Assembly: GCA_043818275.1 (NCBI GenBank)
Contig: JBDRFY010000002.1
Span: forward strand, 1-11,324
Origin: a bacterium
Lineage (GTDB): Bacteria > Babelota > Babeliae > Babelales > JAUWHS01
Length of the DNA: 11,324 nucleotides
Direction of reading: 5' to 3'
Shown: positions 9,020 to 11,324 of the stretch, one piece after another
Numbering within the stretch: position 1 is the stretch's first letter
Layout of the letters: each line of letters starts with the position of its first letter
Position numbers and translations under genes: made by a program
The notes under the pieces: generated by a model
Databases searched by the model: none
What the model was told of the DNA's origin: nothing
The model's input: only the letters and a program-made list of their open reading frames with translations

Positions 9020-9253
9020 AACCCTGTTAAGGGTTATAGTTGTTAGCCTCGGGTTTTAACCCGTGGTGCCTATGTATGAATATATTACCACCCCATTTTA
9101 TGTGGGTGGAGGAATTTTCAAATAAATATAAATGATCTTTTTTGCGATTGAAATATTAATATGTTCCACCCACATAAAATGGGGTGGACGTATGTTGAAT
9201 TATTATAACCACGGGTTAAAACCCGAGGCTATTAACTTTAGCCCCAAAGGGGC
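9020..9253. repeat. Nested palindromic REP-doublet (REPIN-like) element
   Basis: Perfect 24-bp inverted pair TAGCCTCGGGTTTTAACCCGTGGT (9044-9067/9208-9231). Perfect 23-bp inverted pair CCACCCCATTTTATGTGGGTGGA (9088-9110/9165-9187). Outer small hairpins at 9020-9035 and 9241-9253. All share one symmetry axis. Confidence 0.9.
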
Positions 9254-9276
9254 AGAATAAGAGAGGGTAGTTTTTA

Positions 9277-9873
9277 ATGAAATATTCTGATCCGGCGTTA
9301 GAGCGCATTTGTAAGAGTGGCGGCTGGTTTACAATTTCCAATATTTTGACTTACATAAGAATATTGCTGACGCCTGTGATTGTTGCCGGGATTTTTTATA
9401 AACATTGGTATCTTGTCTTTTATATTTTTATTGCCGCTTCATTGACTGATTTACTCGATGGTTATCTGGCAAGATTATTTAATCAGCAAACAACTTTAGG
9501 CGCTTGTCTTGATCCGATTGCAGATAAAATATTTTTGATTTCCATTTTTTCTTCATTAGCTTTTTTGGATTCTCCTTTTTTTCACATTCCTGTCTGGTTT
9601 GTTATTTTTATTTTATGTCGGGAATCAGTTATTTTACTTGGAACTTACGTGATGATGCGGGCAGAAATTGACGTTAAAATTGATCCATCTATTTGGGGAA
9701 AGCTAACAACCTTTTTTCAGATTCTTTTTATTGCCTGGATTTTTATTTGTTATTTTATGCATTGGATGCCGAGCAAAACTTATTATACTCTTTTAAGTTT
9801 TATAACTTTTTTTTCGGTGTTTTCTTTAATTCAATATATTTCTTTGGGAATTAGATATTTGCGAAATAGATAG
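9277..9873 (+). CDS. pgsA: CDP-alcohol phosphatidyltransferase (PgsA/cardiolipin synthase-like)
   Basis: SNILTYIRI and the signature [30 protein letters not shown]. Multiple TM helices. The family is secure but the substrate is not. Confidence 0.85.
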   Translation: MKYSDPALERICKSGGWFTISNILTYIRILLTPVIVAGIFYKHWYLVFYIFIAASLTDLLDGYLARLFNQQTTLGACLDPIADKIFLISIFSSLAFLDSPFFHIPVWFVIFILCRESVILLGTYVMMRAEIDVKIDPSIWGKLTTFFQILFIAWIFICYFMHWMPSKTYYTLLSFITFFSVFSLIQYISLGIRYLRNR

Positions 9874-9879
9874 AATGTT

Positions 9880-10152
9880 TTATCGTTTCAAATCGCGATA
9901 AAAATTTTCATGAGTGCCAAGCGTAAGTAAGATTAGTTGTAATTCAGATTCGTAAAATTTATAAGCTAATAGTGTGAGTTGGTTAATCATTTTAAATTTA
10001 TAAACCTGAATGCCACTTAAATCACCTTTTTTCATATCGCCAACGTATGGATCATTTACAATTTTTTTAATAGCATTATCTAATTCGATCTTTTGATTTT
10101 TATGTAACTTCTTAACTTGTTTTTTAAATGTTGGCGATTGTAAAATATTCAT
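9880..10152 (-). CDS. Type II toxin, RelE/ParE superfamily
   Basis: Basic 90-aa protein with QSPTFKKQVKKL, P..GD.KKGDLSGIQVYKF and LGTHENFYRDLKR. It starts 2 bp after the antitoxin stop. Confidence 0.88.
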   Translation of the reverse strand: MNILQSPTFKKQVKKLHKNQKIELDNAIKKIVNDPYVGDMKKGDLSGIQVYKFKMINQLTLLAYKFYESELQLILLTLGTHENFYRDLKR

Positions 10153-10154
10153 AA

Positions 10155-10379
10155 TTATTCTTTATCAAATGAATATGGCTCGAGTTTGCCAAATTCTGCT
10201 TCTTCGTTTGAGATAAGAATGTTTTTTATAAATTCATAAGTTAGATCTGGATTTTCTTCAGCAATTCTTCCGATTTTTGCCCAATATTCTATTTGATCTG
10301 AAACGGAACGATTTAAAACTTTTGAGGCGATTGTTGCATCAGAGACAATGTTTTCTGATAATTCTACCGCGATTGACAT
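10155..10379 (-). CDS. ParD-like antitoxin
   Basis: Acidic 74-aa protein with RHH-like N-terminus and NRSVSDQIEYWAKIGRIAEENPDL. RBS CAGGAG upstream. Confidence 0.85.
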   Translation of the reverse strand: MSIAVELSENIVSDATIASKVLNRSVSDQIEYWAKIGRIAEENPDLTYEFIKNILISNEEAEFGKLEPYSFDKE

Positions 10380-10401
10380 AATTAACTCCTGTAATTTTTA
10401 T

Positions 10402-10435
10402 AAATATATTGATAATCAACTTAAATATTTTACCA
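10402..10435 (-). promoter_or_regulatory. Putative TA promoter/operator
   Basis: Extended -10 TG-G-TAAAAT on the minus strand (10435-10427), followed by the palindrome TTGAT-A-ATCAA (10409-10419). The AT-rich context weakens significance. Confidence 0.3.
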
Positions 10436-10512
10436 AATAAATTATGAATGGATAAAAGATTTGAAAAACAAATAAAATGTTTTGCATTTAAGCAATAATT
10501 CATTAGTTATTC

Positions 10513-11324
10513 TGTCAAATCAAAGTGAAAATTTCCGCTTTCCAGCAACATTAAAATTTCCGGTTTGTTACATAATTGCTCCTTTCAAATTTAGAGATTT
10601 TTCAACTTTATTTAAACGTAAAAATTCAGATAAAGGTAATTTCCAATAAGGAATTGTTGTTTCAGCCTGTATGGCTTTAAAATTTGTAATTTCATTAAAG
10701 TATAGATTTGTTTTTCTTATTGAAAGAGAGATTGCTTCATTTAAATGCTCACTAACAATAATCCGATTTTTAGGTTTAATTATAGTTTGCTGTTCTTTGT
10801 GTAATTGAAACGTTCTCTTTTTGTATTTGATGGTAAAATCGTTCTGCAAAATTCGTTCTTCTTTTAAACAAAAAATTTTGTTCAGATCAAATTCTTTTAT
10901 TGTTCTGTGCACATTTCCCTGGCTTAAGGCTTCTACTGAAAACCTTGAATTATGCTTTGGAATATAAACATCCTGAACAAAATTGTTCGCGTCATAAATG
11001 GAGGATATTCCGGCAAGGCGCATTTCTTTTATTAAGCGATCCTGGAGTGTTTTATTTGCCCGCTCAACACGACCTTTTGCCTGAGGACTTCTCGCATGAA
11101 TTACCTCAATCCCTAATTCTTTCATGACACGTTCAAATTGTGTTATTTTTTCACGATCAGGATTGTTTGTATTTACACTCCAGACACTTCCATAATCAAC
11201 ATAAAGAGACATAGGCCTTCCGTATTTTTCCATATATGATTTTGCGGCGACAAGCGATTCCGTAGTTGTTTCACCTGTAACAAATTCAAGCCATAAAATC
11301 GCGCTTGTTGCGTCATCTATAAAT
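10513..11324 (-). mobile_element. IS1202-family (ISNCY) insertion sequence, right portion; continues beyond window
   Basis: Transposase plus a candidate right end beginning TGTCAA at 10513, with subterminal direct repeats AAAATTTCCG(C/G)TTT at 10528-10541 and 10553-10566. Confidence 0.75.
10568..11323 (-). CDS. DDE transposase, IS1202/ISNCY family (5' partial)
   Basis: The frame is open to the window edge: FIDDATSAILWLEFVTGETT..YMEKYGRPMSLYVD..TQFERVMKELGIEVIHARSPQAKGRVERANKTLQDRLIKEMRLAGI. The ORF-track start at 11233 is internal. Confidence 0.92.
   Translation of the reverse strand, partial: FIDDATSAILWLEFVTGETTTESLVAAKSYMEKYGRPMSLYVDYGSVWSVNTNNPDREKITQFERVMKELGIEVIHARSPQAKGRVERANKTLQDRLIKEMRLAGISSIYDANNFVQDVYIPKHNSRFSVEALSQGNVHRTIKEFDLNKIFCLKEERILQNDFTIKYKKRTFQLHKEQQTIIKPKNRIIVSEHLNEAISLSIRKTNLYFNEITNFKAIQAETTIPYWKLPLSEFLRLNKVEKSLNLKGAIM

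Noticed and set aside
9020..9253. CRISPR mini-array
   Set aside because: The repeats are inverted rather than direct, there are only two copies of each, and no cas genes are present.
10478..10512. dif/xrs site next to the IS end (some IS1202-family members target XerCD sites)
   Set aside because: ATTTAAGCAATAA only loosely resembles a XerD arm, and no 11-6-11 alignment with a credible XerC arm was found.
300..11127. Other short ORFs (300-500, 753-935, 1830-2027, 1874-2098, 2711-2917, 3146-3358, 4064-4303, 6212-6406, 7873-8061, 8259-8558, 8685-8876, 10900-11127)
   Set aside because: These are antisense or off-frame shadows of well-supported genes, with no recognisable motifs.
11231..11233. 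Transposase start at 11233 or a truncated pseudogene
   Set aside because: The frame continues without stops to the window edge and includes the conserved IDDATS motif, so the gene is simply cut by the window.

Overview
AT-rich bacterial chromosomal segment. By inference from protein style it may belong to a protist-associated lineage such as Dependentiae/TM6; this is not established. The + strand carries two signal-peptide beta-propeller genes (a eukaryote-like WD40 protein and a 707-aa beta-helix/propeller protein), a terminator, then argS, lepA-hspR-like-htpX and a pgsA-like gene. The - strand carries a ParD-like/RelE-ParE toxin-antitoxin pair and the 3' end of an IS1202-family (ISNCY) transposase with its right end. 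The most notable points are: (1) the LepA sequence looks more like eukaryotic mitochondrial GUF1 than typical bacterial LepA; (2) two intergenic nested-palindrome (REPIN-like) elements share one hairpin-9nt-TAGCC-hairpin grammar, conserving structure and spacing but not sequence; (3) the secreted WD40 protein carries an SV40-like PKKKR motif and a C-terminal CaaX-like box. All family calls come from motif recognition, with no database searches.
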